This document shows positions 1 to 8,446 of a stretch of 41,228 bases of DNA, piece after piece. The stretch is from NCBI GenBank assembly GCA_964440205.1, contig CAYTRK010000001.1:1-41228 (forward strand), read 5' to 3'. Both the position numbers and the translations under genes were made by a program. A model generated the notes under the pieces. It had not been told where the DNA came from. It made no database searches and worked only from the letters and a program-made list of their open reading frames with translations. How positions within the stretch are numbered: the stretch's first letter is position 1; the number at the start of each line of letters is the position of its first letter. This DNA is from an uncultured Victivallaceae bacterium. Its GTDB lineage: Bacteria > Verrucomicrobiota > Kiritimatiellia > UBA8416 > CAYSRM01.

Positions 1-403
1 ATATGTCAGCAGCTGAGCTTCATGGAGAGCCTCCAGCGCTTTGACAGCCTTCAACATGATCTGCTCTGTCAAATCGCTTTCTCTCATGCTCTCATCTTTC
101 TCCCACCACCACTGTCGTGTGAATTCGGGTCCTCACGAATTCACGCGACCTCTTCTCCGTGACTCAGTGTCTCCGTGGTACGTCCCCCTTTTGCCATATG
201 GGACGCTAGTGGTCTGCATTGATATTTCCAGCCATAATTATCGCCTTTCTTCAGGTTGAATTTTGGAGGCGGAAGTATACGTTTATGCAGGCATGTCCGT
301 CAATGGTTACTTGGGAGGGTGGTAAAAGCTGAAATGGGGAAAGCAGAAAGCTGGAATGTGGAGGATGGTGACGCTTGATTGATGCGGGGGAAGAGGGTAG
401 TAT

Positions 404-1831
404 GTGAATATGAAAATTTGTTTCAGTATTTCTTTGAGTGGTGCGGCCGTGCTTGCCGCTTTCTCTTGTCTTGTGATATGTGATTCGGCCCTGGGGGGCG
501 CTGAAGATGAGGGGAATAAGCGAATTGAGGCTGCGTTCAGCCGTGTGCAGAGCATAGCCGAGACGGTGGAGGAAATCAGGGGGCTTGAGTTTACTAATCG
601 TATCGACGTTGCAATCCAGTCGATGCCGGGGCTGAAGTCTTACGTCGAAAAGGAACTCCAGGACCAGTTTGAAGACCAGGACCCTCAACACTATGTCGCA
701 GCCCTGGTAAAGCTTGGCGCATTGAAGGAGTCTCTGGACTTTAATGAATGGATCTATGGTTTTCTCAAAGATCAGGCTGCCGCTCATTATGCTCCTGGGG
801 AAAAAACATACTATTTGGTTCAGACTAATCTGAACAGTATGATGCTGGACGTGATTACCTCTCATGAGCTGTGTCATGCATTGCAGGACCATAATTTTGA
901 TCTGGAGCGCCTTACGAAGGGTGATCCGCAAATGATTAGGGATAATGGCGACCTGTTGCTCGCCAGGCAGTCGCTCTTTGAGGGCGAGGCCACATGGGTA
1001 ATGACTGCGTGGATGTTTATGGACCAGTTGGGCGGGAAGAGCCTGGCGGCTGTGGATCCGATGGTGTCCATGGCTGTAAAAGCGCAGGCAGCGATGGATT
1101 TTGATAGTCTGGTCAAGCTTTCAGGGCAGAGCGCTGGCGGCCTGGACAGTGGCGGTGAGATGCTGAGCATGCCCGAGGTTGATCTCGAAGGCCACCCGAG
1201 ATTTTTTGTCCAACAGATACTAGGAGTGTATATCCAGGGCGCGTTGATGATCGATCATGTCAAGTCGCAAGGCGGGTGGGATGCGGTTTCAGCTCTTTAT
1301 CGTGACAATCCTATCGAGTCTACGGAGCAGGTGCTGCATCCTGAAAAACTTTTCGGTGAAACGAGGGAGAGCCCCGTGGCGGTGCGGATTATGGGCCTTG
1401 AACAGAGTCTGCCGCAAGGTTGGAATCTTGTCGAACAGGATGTTCTGGGTGAAATGAGCATGGTTTTTCTTTTTGAGCTGTGGAAAGATGGTGAAGAGGG
1501 CGGGGTGGATGCGGCTTCGGTTGCGAAGGGATGGGGCGGAGACAGGTACTACTACTTTCTTAACGAAGCATCTGGCGAAGATATGCTGGTCTGGAAAACG
1601 GTCTGGGACAGCGAGAGGGAAGCCAGCGAGTTTGCGGCAGGCTACAGGATGATGCTTGCAAGGCGATTTCCTGATCTTAAGCCGGTACGAAGGGCGAAGG
1701 GCAAGTCCGGCTTTTCATCTCAGGTATGGGAAGTGGAAAAGGGACGTTTCCTGAAACTCGCGCGCAGTGACAAGGTCGTGGGTATTGTGGATGCAGGACA
1801 TCGGAAGTTGTTGCGGCTTATCTGGGAGTAG
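404..1831 (+). CDS. Secreted HExxH (gluzincin-like) metallopeptidase, family unassigned
   Basis: 475-aa ORF. It has a hydrophobic N-terminal signal-like segment (ICFSISLSGAAVLAAFSCLVIC). The zinc motif ITSHELCHALQDH is followed ~35 aa later by FEGEATWVM, a candidate third-ligand Glu. The track start is GTG 404 and ATG 410 is an alternative; AGAGGG lies at 392-397. Confidence 0.7.
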   Translation: MNMKICFSISLSGAAVLAAFSCLVICDSALGGAEDEGNKRIEAAFSRVQSIAETVEEIRGLEFTNRIDVAIQSMPGLKSYVEKELQDQFEDQDPQHYVAALVKLGALKESLDFNEWIYGFLKDQAAAHYAPGEKTYYLVQTNLNSMMLDVITSHELCHALQDHNFDLERLTKGDPQMIRDNGDLLLARQSLFEGEATWVMTAWMFMDQLGGKSLAAVDPMVSMAVKAQAAMDFDSLVKLSGQSAGGLDSGGEMLSMPEVDLEGHPRFFVQQILGVYIQGALMIDHVKSQGGWDAVSALYRDNPIESTEQVLHPEKLFGETRESPVAVRIMGLEQSLPQGWNLVEQDVLGEMSMVFLFELWKDGEEGGVDAASVAKGWGGDRYYYFLNEASGEDMLVWKTVWDSEREASEFAAGYRMMLARRFPDLKPVRRAKGKSGFSSQVWEVEKGRFLKLARSDKVVGIVDAGHRKLLRLIWE

Positions 1832-1995
1832 CCGGCTTATCGCGCAGAGTCAAAAGAGGAAATTTATCACTTTACCCCGCGCGACTGATTTGAGAATTTC
1901 CGGGGCTGGATAAGGATTTGATGCAAAAGGCAGATTATTAACAGGCGGCGGCCAGGCAAGACCGGCATCTGGCTCGCGCTCAGGGAAGGGGAGTA

Positions 1996-3327
1996 ATGAA
2001 GAATTCAGCGAACAAGATTTTCATTTTGGATACCAATGTTATTCTGCACGACAGCTCGTGCATAGACCAGTTTGATGAACATGACGTAATCATTCCCATA
2101 GTTGTGCTGGAGGAACTGGATCATTTTAAGAAAGGACATCAGGTCATAAGTTATCATGCCCGGAATTTTTTGAGACGTGTTGATGCGCTTAGCGGACAGC
2201 TTCTGTTCTCCGAAGGCGTTCGCATAGGTCCGAAAAAGGGGAGACTCAGTGTAGAGCTTGCCAAAGAAATGCATGAAGACCTCAAACTGAATTTTCCCGT
2301 TCATCAGCCGGATCATCAGATCCTGAATATTGCCTATCATATGGCGAAAGAGAATTCTGAACGAAAAGTCACGCTAGTCAGCAAAGACGTAAACCTGCGG
2401 CTCAAGGCCAAATCCGTTGGACTTCATTCTGAGGACTATACTACCGACAGGGTGAAGGATGCTTCCAGCCTGTATTCCGGCAAAAGGATTGTCGAGGACC
2501 TGCCCGAGTCGCTGATTGCCGCTCTTTATCACGAGCCGTTTGAAGTTGAAGCCTCTTCTCTTGAATGCCACGAGGATCTGCTGCCCAACGAGTACCTTAG
2601 TGTCAGCAGCGGGAAAAAATCGGGACTGGCGACTTACGACGCATATACCGATACCATTAAGAGAGTGGACAAGGCGCCACTATACAATATAACGCCCAGG
2701 AACGCGGAACAGACTTTTGCCATGAACGCCCTGATGAATCCGGATATTCCTCTTGTGACGCTCTCGGGAAAGGCGGGGACTGGTAAGACTCTGCTGGCAA
2801 TGGCTGCGGCTCTTGAATTGCAGAAGAAGCATAAGCAGATACTGCTTGCTCGTCCTATTGTGACGTTGAGCAATAAGGATATGGGTTACCTCCCCGGCGA
2901 AATCGGAGAGAAACTGGCGCCCTTTATGCAGCCGTTATACGACAATCTCGGGGTTATCAGGAACCAGTTTCCGAAATCCGACAGCCGCTTTAAGGCGATC
3001 AGAAAGATGCTTGATGACGAGGAACTGATTATAACGCCGCTCTCGTACATACGGGGGCGGAGTCTTGTTGATGTGTTCTTCATAGTGGACGAGGGACAGA
3101 ACCTCACACCTCACGAAGTCAAAACGATCATCACGCGGGCGGGGGAGGGCGCAAAAATTGTATTCACAGGGGATATTTTCCAGATAGATCATCCCTATCT
3201 TGACGCTGAATCGAACGGGCTGAGCTACTTGATCGAAAAGATGCAGGGCCAACAGATGTATGCGCATGTGAACCTTGAAAAGGGAGAACGCTCGGAGCTT
3301 GCGGAACTGGCAAGCAACATTCTGTGA
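1996..3327 (+). CDS. PIN-domain + PhoH-like ATPase (PhoH2/YlaK type)
   Basis: 443-aa ORF with ATG start and AGGGGAG upstream. N-terminal PIN-like IFILDTNVILHD...VVLEELD, Walker A LSGKAGTGKTLLAMAAA, and Walker B-like FFIVDEGQNLTPHE. Confidence 0.9.
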   Translation: MKNSANKIFILDTNVILHDSSCIDQFDEHDVIIPIVVLEELDHFKKGHQVISYHARNFLRRVDALSGQLLFSEGVRIGPKKGRLSVELAKEMHEDLKLNFPVHQPDHQILNIAYHMAKENSERKVTLVSKDVNLRLKAKSVGLHSEDYTTDRVKDASSLYSGKRIVEDLPESLIAALYHEPFEVEASSLECHEDLLPNEYLSVSSGKKSGLATYDAYTDTIKRVDKAPLYNITPRNAEQTFAMNALMNPDIPLVTLSGKAGTGKTLLAMAAALELQKKHKQILLARPIVTLSNKDMGYLPGEIGEKLAPFMQPLYDNLGVIRNQFPKSDSRFKAIRKMLDDEELIITPLSYIRGRSLVDVFFIVDEGQNLTPHEVKTIITRAGEGAKIVFTGDIFQIDHPYLDAESNGLSYLIEKMQGQQMYAHVNLEKGERSELAELASNIL

Positions 3328-3427
3328 TAAAGAAAAAACGGTAAGAGTTTTACCTGATTTATGCGGGAGCCGGTCTCCTGATCGGCGATATGCGGGATAA
3401 ACAAGCGTAGAAGGATTGACCTGAGAT

Positions 3428-3859
3428 TTGAATGAAATGGGAAAGTCGGGACGGATTGCTGAATGGGTAAAGAAACTGGGCCGGTCGAATGAAGGCCTTG
3501 CAGGAATGCTTAGAATTCGGGTGCGTGCTTCTTTTGTGCTCTGGTTGGTTATGACCCTTGCATCGCTGGTGTTGCTGAACCATCTTACTGCTGGGACCGG
3601 CAGGAATTGTAAATGGTCGCTTTTCGGTATCTGGGCCGAGAGGTACAGTTACATCATTGACTCCGGCGATCCGATGTACTACGTCGGTCAGATCTTTGTC
3701 GGCGCGCACGGTCATTGGTTGTTGTTGTATACATCCCTGCACATAGTAGTCGCGATTATTCTGGGATGGGCCGCTGCGGCTGTTATATGCTCAATCAGGG
3801 CTTTGTGGCGTTATCGCCTTCGGGAAGGCGCGGGCATCACGGATCGGAGAAAAGGATGA
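3428..3859 (+). CDS. Hypothetical small membrane protein (start uncertain; ATG 3506 possible)
   Basis: Two hydrophobic helices (FVLWLVMTLASLVLL; IVVAIILGWAAAAVICSI). Its TGA (3857-3859) overlaps the ATG (3856-3858) of the downstream lipid kinase as ATGA, which suggests translational coupling. No recognisable motif. Confidence 0.35.
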   Translation: MNEMGKSGRIAEWVKKLGRSNEGLAGMLRIRVRASFVLWLVMTLASLVLLNHLTAGTGRNCKWSLFGIWAERYSYIIDSGDPMYYVGQIFVGAHGHWLLLYTSLHIVVAIILGWAAAAVICSIRALWRYRLREGAGITDRRKG

Positions 3860-4758
3860 AATCGGTCAAGAGAGTACTTATTCTGGTTAACAGAAAAGCG
3901 GGATTGTTCTGGTCTTTTAATTCAATGCGGGAGGCCATAGACCGGCACTGGGAGAGTACGGGCCTGGATATTAAATACCAGTTCTGCCAGAACGCCGAAG
4001 ATGGTTCCATAAAGACGCAGAGGGCGCTTGACCAGCACATCGATACGATCCTTGTTGCCGGAGGAGACGGAACCGTTAATACGGTAGGCAAGGTCGTTGC
4101 CGGAACGGAAGTGTCGATTGGTGTCATTCCCAGCGGTAGCGGCAATGGCTTTGCGCGCCATTTCGGGATTCCGCTTGCTGTCGATCAGGCTGTTCGATCT
4201 CTCGCGAGCGCGGAGGTCAAGCGCATTGATGTCGGGGTGATGAATGACATCCCTTTTTTTATAACCTGCAGCATGGCCTGGGACGCGTCGCTGGTTCGAT
4301 CTTTTGAGAAATCGCAGGTTCGGGGTATATTCCCCTATGTATTTGCGGGAGTTAACGAGTTTTTTCAGTATCAACCGCAACCGTTTTACGTAACACTCGA
4401 TGGTGACAGAAAACGGACGTTTAAAAATCCGATGGTCTTTACGGTGGCAAACCTCACACAGTTCGGCGGGGGCGCCAAGATAGCTCCCCAGGCGCGGCCG
4501 GACGACGGCAAGCTTGAACTTGTAGCGGCGCTTCGGCAGGATATTCCCAGATTGATTGGAAATATCGGACGACTCTTCAACGGATCCGTCAATTCAATCC
4601 CTGAAGTTATCTCGGACAGGTTCACAGAAATGCGCGTAGAAAGGCAAAAACCCGGACCGGTACAGATTGACGGGGAACTTATCGAAGCAGAGAAAGACAT
4701 CCTTATTAAGGTGCGACCAAACGCTTTGAAGGTTTTGGTTCCGAAAGGGCGTGAGTAG
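3856..4758 (+). CDS. Diacylglycerol/lipid kinase family protein (YegS/BmrU-like)
   Basis: I trimmed the ORF 3715..4758 to ATG 3856 (MKSVKRVLILVNRKAG) with GGAGAAAAGG upstream. DAGK catalytic motifs ILVAGGDGTVNTVG and GVIPSGSGNGFARHFG. Confidence 0.85.
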   Translation: MKSVKRVLILVNRKAGLFWSFNSMREAIDRHWESTGLDIKYQFCQNAEDGSIKTQRALDQHIDTILVAGGDGTVNTVGKVVAGTEVSIGVIPSGSGNGFARHFGIPLAVDQAVRSLASAEVKRIDVGVMNDIPFFITCSMAWDASLVRSFEKSQVRGIFPYVFAGVNEFFQYQPQPFYVTLDGDRKRTFKNPMVFTVANLTQFGGGAKIAPQARPDDGKLELVAALRQDIPRLIGNIGRLFNGSVNSIPEVISDRFTEMRVERQKPGPVQIDGELIEAEKDILIKVRPNALKVLVPKGRE

Positions 4759-4775
4759 GGGCGCGGGAGGCGAGG

Positions 4776-5027
4776 CTAATACTGCTTTTCGTATTCGCCT
4801 TTTCCGAGCTTCTTGAGTTTGTGGAACCCGGCATTTTTCGCACGGTCGTCGAGTCCCGATCTTGAGAGACCCACAGAGGGGGCCGATATCTGTTTTTCTA
4901 CTGGAGCCCCGCAATCAGGGCATCTCTTCAACGGCTCATCGGAAAGTTTCTGCATATACTCGAACCCTACTTTGCAGTGAGAACAGGAGTTCTTTGGGGT
5001 TTTTGCTTTGTATTCGTATATTGGCAT
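4776..5027 (-). CDS. FmdB-family zinc-ribbon regulatory protein
   Basis: 83 aa. Begins with the characteristic MPIYEYKA...CSHC...FEYMQKLSDEPLKRCPDCGAPVEKQIS (CxxC...CxxC ribbon). Confidence 0.9.
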   Translation of the reverse strand: MPIYEYKAKTPKNSCSHCKVGFEYMQKLSDEPLKRCPDCGAPVEKQISAPSVGLSRSGLDDRAKNAGFHKLKKLGKGEYEKQY

Positions 5028-5195
5028 GAGAGCATCCTAACATGGACCCTGGGGCGAGATCAAGGGGGGAGAAGAGAGTGAAGACTGCGGGGCTTGGAAA
5101 GCGGAATTTGGGGGAGAAGAGGTTTTGACGGGATGAAGGTGAGAGGCCTGCTCTCGGGATGGTTACTTTTTTTTTCAAAAACCCGTTTATTGTAG

Positions 5196-5224
5196 TTGCG
5201 TTTGTTGCGCTATGCTGCTTAAAT
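5196..5224 (+). promoter_or_regulatory. Candidate sigma-70-type promoter for the HU gene
   Basis: TTGCGT (5196-5201), 17-nt spacer, TTAAAT (5219-5224), ~48 nt upstream of ATG 5272. Pattern match only. Confidence 0.25.
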
Positions 5225-5271
5225 GCGGCCTGATAAGTGGTTTCATTTAACCAAATTGAAAGGAGATTTCT

Positions 5272-5562
5272 ATGGCGAAACCAAAAACCAAGAGTGAGAT
5301 CGTAGCAGGAGTAGCAGAGGGCGCGGAAATTACGAAGAAGCAGGCGAAGGCTGCGCTCGAAACACTTGCAGAAATGGCTTACAAGAATGCAAAAGACGGA
5401 TTTACAATTCCGGGACTCGGCAAGCTTGTAAAGGTTCGCAGGAAGGCGCGTAAAGGCCGCAATCCGCAAACGGGCGAAAGCATCCGCATACCGGCCAAGA
5501 CGACGTTGAAGTTCAGAATTTCGAAAGCTGCCAAAGACGCGGTTCTGCCGAAAAAGAAGTAG
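5272..5562 (+). CDS. hup: HU-family nucleoid-associated DNA-binding protein with short Lys-rich tail
   Basis: 96 aa with AAAGGAG RBS. The full-length HU/IHF pattern is present: ...GFTIPGLGKLVKVRRKARKGRNPQTGESIRIPAKTTLKFRISKAAKDAV, ending PKKK. Confidence 0.93.
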   Translation: MAKPKTKSEIVAGVAEGAEITKKQAKAALETLAEMAYKNAKDGFTIPGLGKLVKVRRKARKGRNPQTGESIRIPAKTTLKFRISKAAKDAVLPKKK

Positions 5563-5580
5563 ACATTCTTTGTGCTATTG

Positions 5581-5614
5581 AGGCCGCTGCGGGGACGTGG
5601 CGGCCTTTTTCTTT
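5581..5614 (+). terminator. Rho-independent terminator after HU
   Basis: Stem AGGCCGC (5581-5587) / GCGGCCT (5600-5606) followed by TTTTTCTTT, 19 nt after the HU stop. Confidence 0.7.
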
Positions 5615-5647
5615 GGGCAAGGCCCCGGTGAAAGTCGGAAGATCAAC

Positions 5648-7243
5648 ATGACGGATAAAAAAGATAACGATAACGAGAAAAGCCTGGAAGACAATTTGCG
5701 GGAGATGCTTCGACGGGCGAATATCGCTTTCATGGGAGGCCCTTCGACAGAAGAAGAGTCCGGGTCAGGCGAAAGCGAAGAGGAAAAGACCGAACCCGGC
5801 GAGGAGGAAGCTCTGCAGACGATCAGGGAATTCAGCCTCAAGCCCCGCGATATCAAAAAGTACCTCGACCGATTTGTCATAAAGCAGGACGAGGCAAAGA
5901 AAGTTTTGTCGGTTGCCATATGCGATCACTTCAATCACGTGCGACGATGTATCGAAGATCCGGCTGAGATCGAAAAGGATTACTCGAAGCACAACATCAT
6001 GCTTATCGGGCCGACCGGCGTGGGTAAGACTTACCTGATGCGCTGTATTGCACGACTGATCGGCGTGCCGTTCGTAAAGGCTGACGCCACCAAGTTCAGC
6101 GAGACCGGGTACGTTGGACACGATGCGGAGGATCTTGTTAGAGATCTTGTGAAAGTGGCCGGAGGCAACACTGATCTGGCCCGGTACGGAATTATCTATG
6201 TGGACGAGATCGACAAGATAGCGTCTCAGTCGACTTCCGGAGGCAAGGATGTGTCCGGGCGAGGCGTCCAGGTTAATCTCCTGAAGCTAATGGAAGAAAC
6301 TGAAGTGAACCTTGTCAGCCAGACGGATATAGCGGGACAGATGCAGGCTGTGATGGATATCCAGAAAGGCAGGGGCGCCGGCAAGCGCACCATTAACACC
6401 AGGCACATGCTTTTCATCGTCAGCGGCGTATTCGACAAGTTAAGCGAACAGGTAAGGCGGCGTGTCGAGTCGTCAAAAATCGGATTTGTTTCGACCAGAG
6501 AGACCGAGATGGAAAAGGCGGATTACCTGAAAAAGGTCAGGACCGGCGACTTTGTGGAATACGGATTCGAACCGGAGTTTGCCGGACGGCTGCCCATACG
6601 GGTAGTTTGCGATCCTCTCGGCGTCGACGACCTCGAACAGATCATGTTGAATTCGGAAGGAAGCATTCTTTCGCAGTATCGGAAGGACTTTGAAGGGTAT
6701 GACATAAGCGCTGAGTTTGACAACGGCGCGGTGCGCGCCATTGCGGAGAAGGCGTACCAGGAAAAAACGGGCGCAAGGGGATTGATGACTGTCTGTGAGC
6801 AAGTGTTGAGAAACTTCAAATTTGATATCCCTTCGACGCCGTTGCGCACCTTGCGCATCACGAGGGATTCTGTTGAAGATTCGGTAAAAGAGTTGGAACG
6901 GATTCTGGCGGATAAAAGGGGGCCGCAAGAGGAAGGCATAAAGAATGATATCGTTAAGTTTACGGAATCTTTTAAGAATGAACATGGAATACGGCTTAGT
7001 TTCGACAAAACTGCGGTCCGCGAGGTGATTGATCGCTGTGTGAAGGAAGGCACATCCGCACAGGATTTTATGGATCAGAACTTCCACGATTTCGAGTACG
7101 GGTTCAAGCTTATCTCGCGCAATACGGGGAAGGATTATTTCCGTATTACGGCGGCTTTTGTCAGAAACCCGTCCGAGGCGCTGTCAAAGCGTATTGCCCG
7201 GAGCGTCAGGGGTCGGGGAGGCGAGGGTAAGCGGAAAGGGTAA
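5648..7243 (+). CDS. ClpX-family AAA+ unfoldase paralog lacking the N-terminal zinc-binding domain
   Basis: I trimmed the ORF to ATG 5648 because the upstream part of the ORF overlaps the terminator. Walker A IMLIGPTGVGKTYL, pore loop SETGYVGHD, Walker B GIIYVDEIDKIAS, GRGVQVNLLKLMEETEV, IGF-type loop SSKIGFVS, and sensor-2-like GARGLMTVCEQVL. The N-terminus is acidic (SGSGESEEEKTEPGEEE) and there is a ~110-aa extra C-terminal region. Confidence 0.85.
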   Translation: MTDKKDNDNEKSLEDNLREMLRRANIAFMGGPSTEEESGSGESEEEKTEPGEEEALQTIREFSLKPRDIKKYLDRFVIKQDEAKKVLSVAICDHFNHVRRCIEDPAEIEKDYSKHNIMLIGPTGVGKTYLMRCIARLIGVPFVKADATKFSETGYVGHDAEDLVRDLVKVAGGNTDLARYGIIYVDEIDKIASQSTSGGKDVSGRGVQVNLLKLMEETEVNLVSQTDIAGQMQAVMDIQKGRGAGKRTINTRHMLFIVSGVFDKLSEQVRRRVESSKIGFVSTRETEMEKADYLKKVRTGDFVEYGFEPEFAGRLPIRVVCDPLGVDDLEQIMLNSEGSILSQYRKDFEGYDISAEFDNGAVRAIAEKAYQEKTGARGLMTVCEQVLRNFKFDIPSTPLRTLRITRDSVEDSVKELERILADKRGPQEEGIKNDIVKFTESFKNEHGIRLSFDKTAVREVIDRCVKEGTSAQDFMDQNFHDFEYGFKLISRNTGKDYFRITAAFVRNPSEALSKRIARSVRGRGGEGKRKG

Positions 7244-7261
7244 GAGGGAAGAGTGTAGAAC

Positions 7262-7786
7262 GTGGAACGTAGAAAGTGGGATGTGGGACATGGAGAAGGA
7301 GAGTTAACTACGAAATTCACGAAAGGACGCGAAATTGCATTATTTACTGTTGACCACATGCTGATAGGGCTCGGCAGGTATCTGCGCATTCTGGGGTATG
7401 ATACGTATTGGAACGCTGCTTTAAGAACGCATGAGTTGATTTTAAGGTCCAATGCTGAAAACCGCATCTTCGTCAGCCGCAACACGAGACTGAGCGAGCA
7501 ATATCCCGCTGTTGACGAGTACCTGATTATTCAGTCAGAAGACCCTTCGGCGCAATTGCGGGAAGTCATCGACGCGTGCGGACTTGATTGTTCCTCATAC
7601 CTGTTCAGCCGGTGTGTGAACTGTAATGTTGAACTGGTCCAGGTTCCGGCAAAGGAAGAGATTAAAGCAAGGGTTCATCCCAACGTTTACAACAGATACG
7701 ATCAGTTCTTTGTCTGTCCGGACTGCGGCCAGGTCTACTGGAAAGGCTCGCATGTCCGTAATACAATCACCAGGTTGGGCCTTTAA
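7262..7786 (+). CDS. Mut7-C (DUF82) PIN-like RNase domain protein with C-terminal zinc ribbon
   Basis: FTVDHMLIGLGRYLRILGYDT matches the Mut7-C N-terminal signature. C-terminal ribbon CVNCNVEL...CPDCGQVYWKGSH. The start is uncertain (GTG 7262 or GTG 7283); no in-frame ATG lies upstream of the conserved strand. Confidence 0.75.
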   Translation: MERRKWDVGHGEGELTTKFTKGREIALFTVDHMLIGLGRYLRILGYDTYWNAALRTHELILRSNAENRIFVSRNTRLSEQYPAVDEYLIIQSEDPSAQLREVIDACGLDCSSYLFSRCVNCNVELVQVPAKEEIKARVHPNVYNRYDQFFVCPDCGQVYWKGSHVRNTITRLGL

Positions 7787-7868
7787 AAGTAACTGCTTCC
7801 GGAATCCATCGGGGTTTCTGTAAGCGGCTATTCTTCGCCGCTGTCATGTACGACTCCGTCTGTTTTCC

Positions 7869-8035
7869 TTAGCCCGCATATCTCACAAAATTCCTGCTGC
7901 GAGCGCGGATAGCGCCACTGCGACGGCACGAATTGGCAAAACGCCAGATTGCAGTATGTCTATACGGCTGCTCCGGAGTTTTATTGATTTGCACCCTCGC
8001 AGAAGCACCCTTTGCGCTCTCGCTACGAAATTCTG
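7869..8035. repeat. Degenerate/interrupted copy of the ~105-bp palindromic element
   Basis: 7869-7916 is identical to the left 48 bp of the 9391 copy. 8014-8035 (GCGCTCTCGCTACGAAATTCTG) matches the right arm with an 8-bp deletion. About 97 bp of unrelated sequence lies between them, and the right terminus is absent. Confidence 0.6.
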
Positions 8036-8446
8036 CCTCGATTTGGTCGGCTTTTGACGGATCCAAGGTGGGAGGCACTGATGCAGTGGGCGGAAATCGA
8101 TGTCGCGCAAGCAAATCATGCGAAAGCATAGAGAAATGTGGCGCAAATGCAATCAGAATGACGAAAGCACTTTTTGATAATCGTCATTGCATTCAGTCAT
8201 GAATGAGGGCAGAATTCAACGAGTCTGATTTATTCATGAACCTTCGTTGGGAGAGTGCATGGTTTGCGGCAGATCAAGGGATTGTCGCAGGAAGCCGGGC
8301 GAAGGCGTGTTAGAAGACTCCGAGGCCGGCTTTCAAGACAAGTCATTGAGATGTCGTGACATGTGTACTCGCAGTAGATTGTTTATGAATAAGTAAGGCT
8401 GGTGGGTTTGGAGTATATGGCAATTCATAAAAGAAAGGTCGGAACT

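Noticed and set aside
1-87. Possible 5' end of a minus-strand gene (ATG at 85-87, MRESDLTEQIMLKAVKALEALHEAQLLTY..., open to the window edge; GGGAG upstream).
   Set aside because: Only 29 codons are visible and there is no motif, so it cannot be supported as a feature.
251-931. 226-aa minus-strand ORF (and nested 307..555) overlapping the start of the metallopeptidase gene.
   Set aside because: No motif and a low-complexity, Arg/His/Leu-rich composition. It is overlapped by a plus-strand ORF with a signal peptide and an HExxH motif, so it is likely an antisense artefact.
3359-3742. 127-aa minus-strand ORF competing with the small plus-strand membrane ORF.
   Set aside because: No RBS or motif. 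The plus-strand ORF has TM helices and an ATGA coupling to the next gene. Neither ORF is strongly supported.
5051-5114. Four G-tracts (GGGG, GGGGGG, GGGG, GGGGG) in the FmdB/HU divergent intergenic region, a potential G-quadruplex.
   Set aside because: The loops are 9, 19 and 17 nt, much longer than in stable canonical G4s. The tracts are more simply explained as purine-rich spacer.
6473-7087. 204-aa and 176-aa minus-strand ORFs inside the ClpX-paralog gene.
   Set aside because: They are antisense to a gene with unambiguous AAA+ motifs and have no features of their own.
7869-8202. Three 86-89-aa ORFs (both strands) across the degenerate repeat copy.
   Set aside because: They are built largely from the palindromic repeat sequence, and they lack an RBS and any motif. 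The same repeat elsewhere is non-coding.
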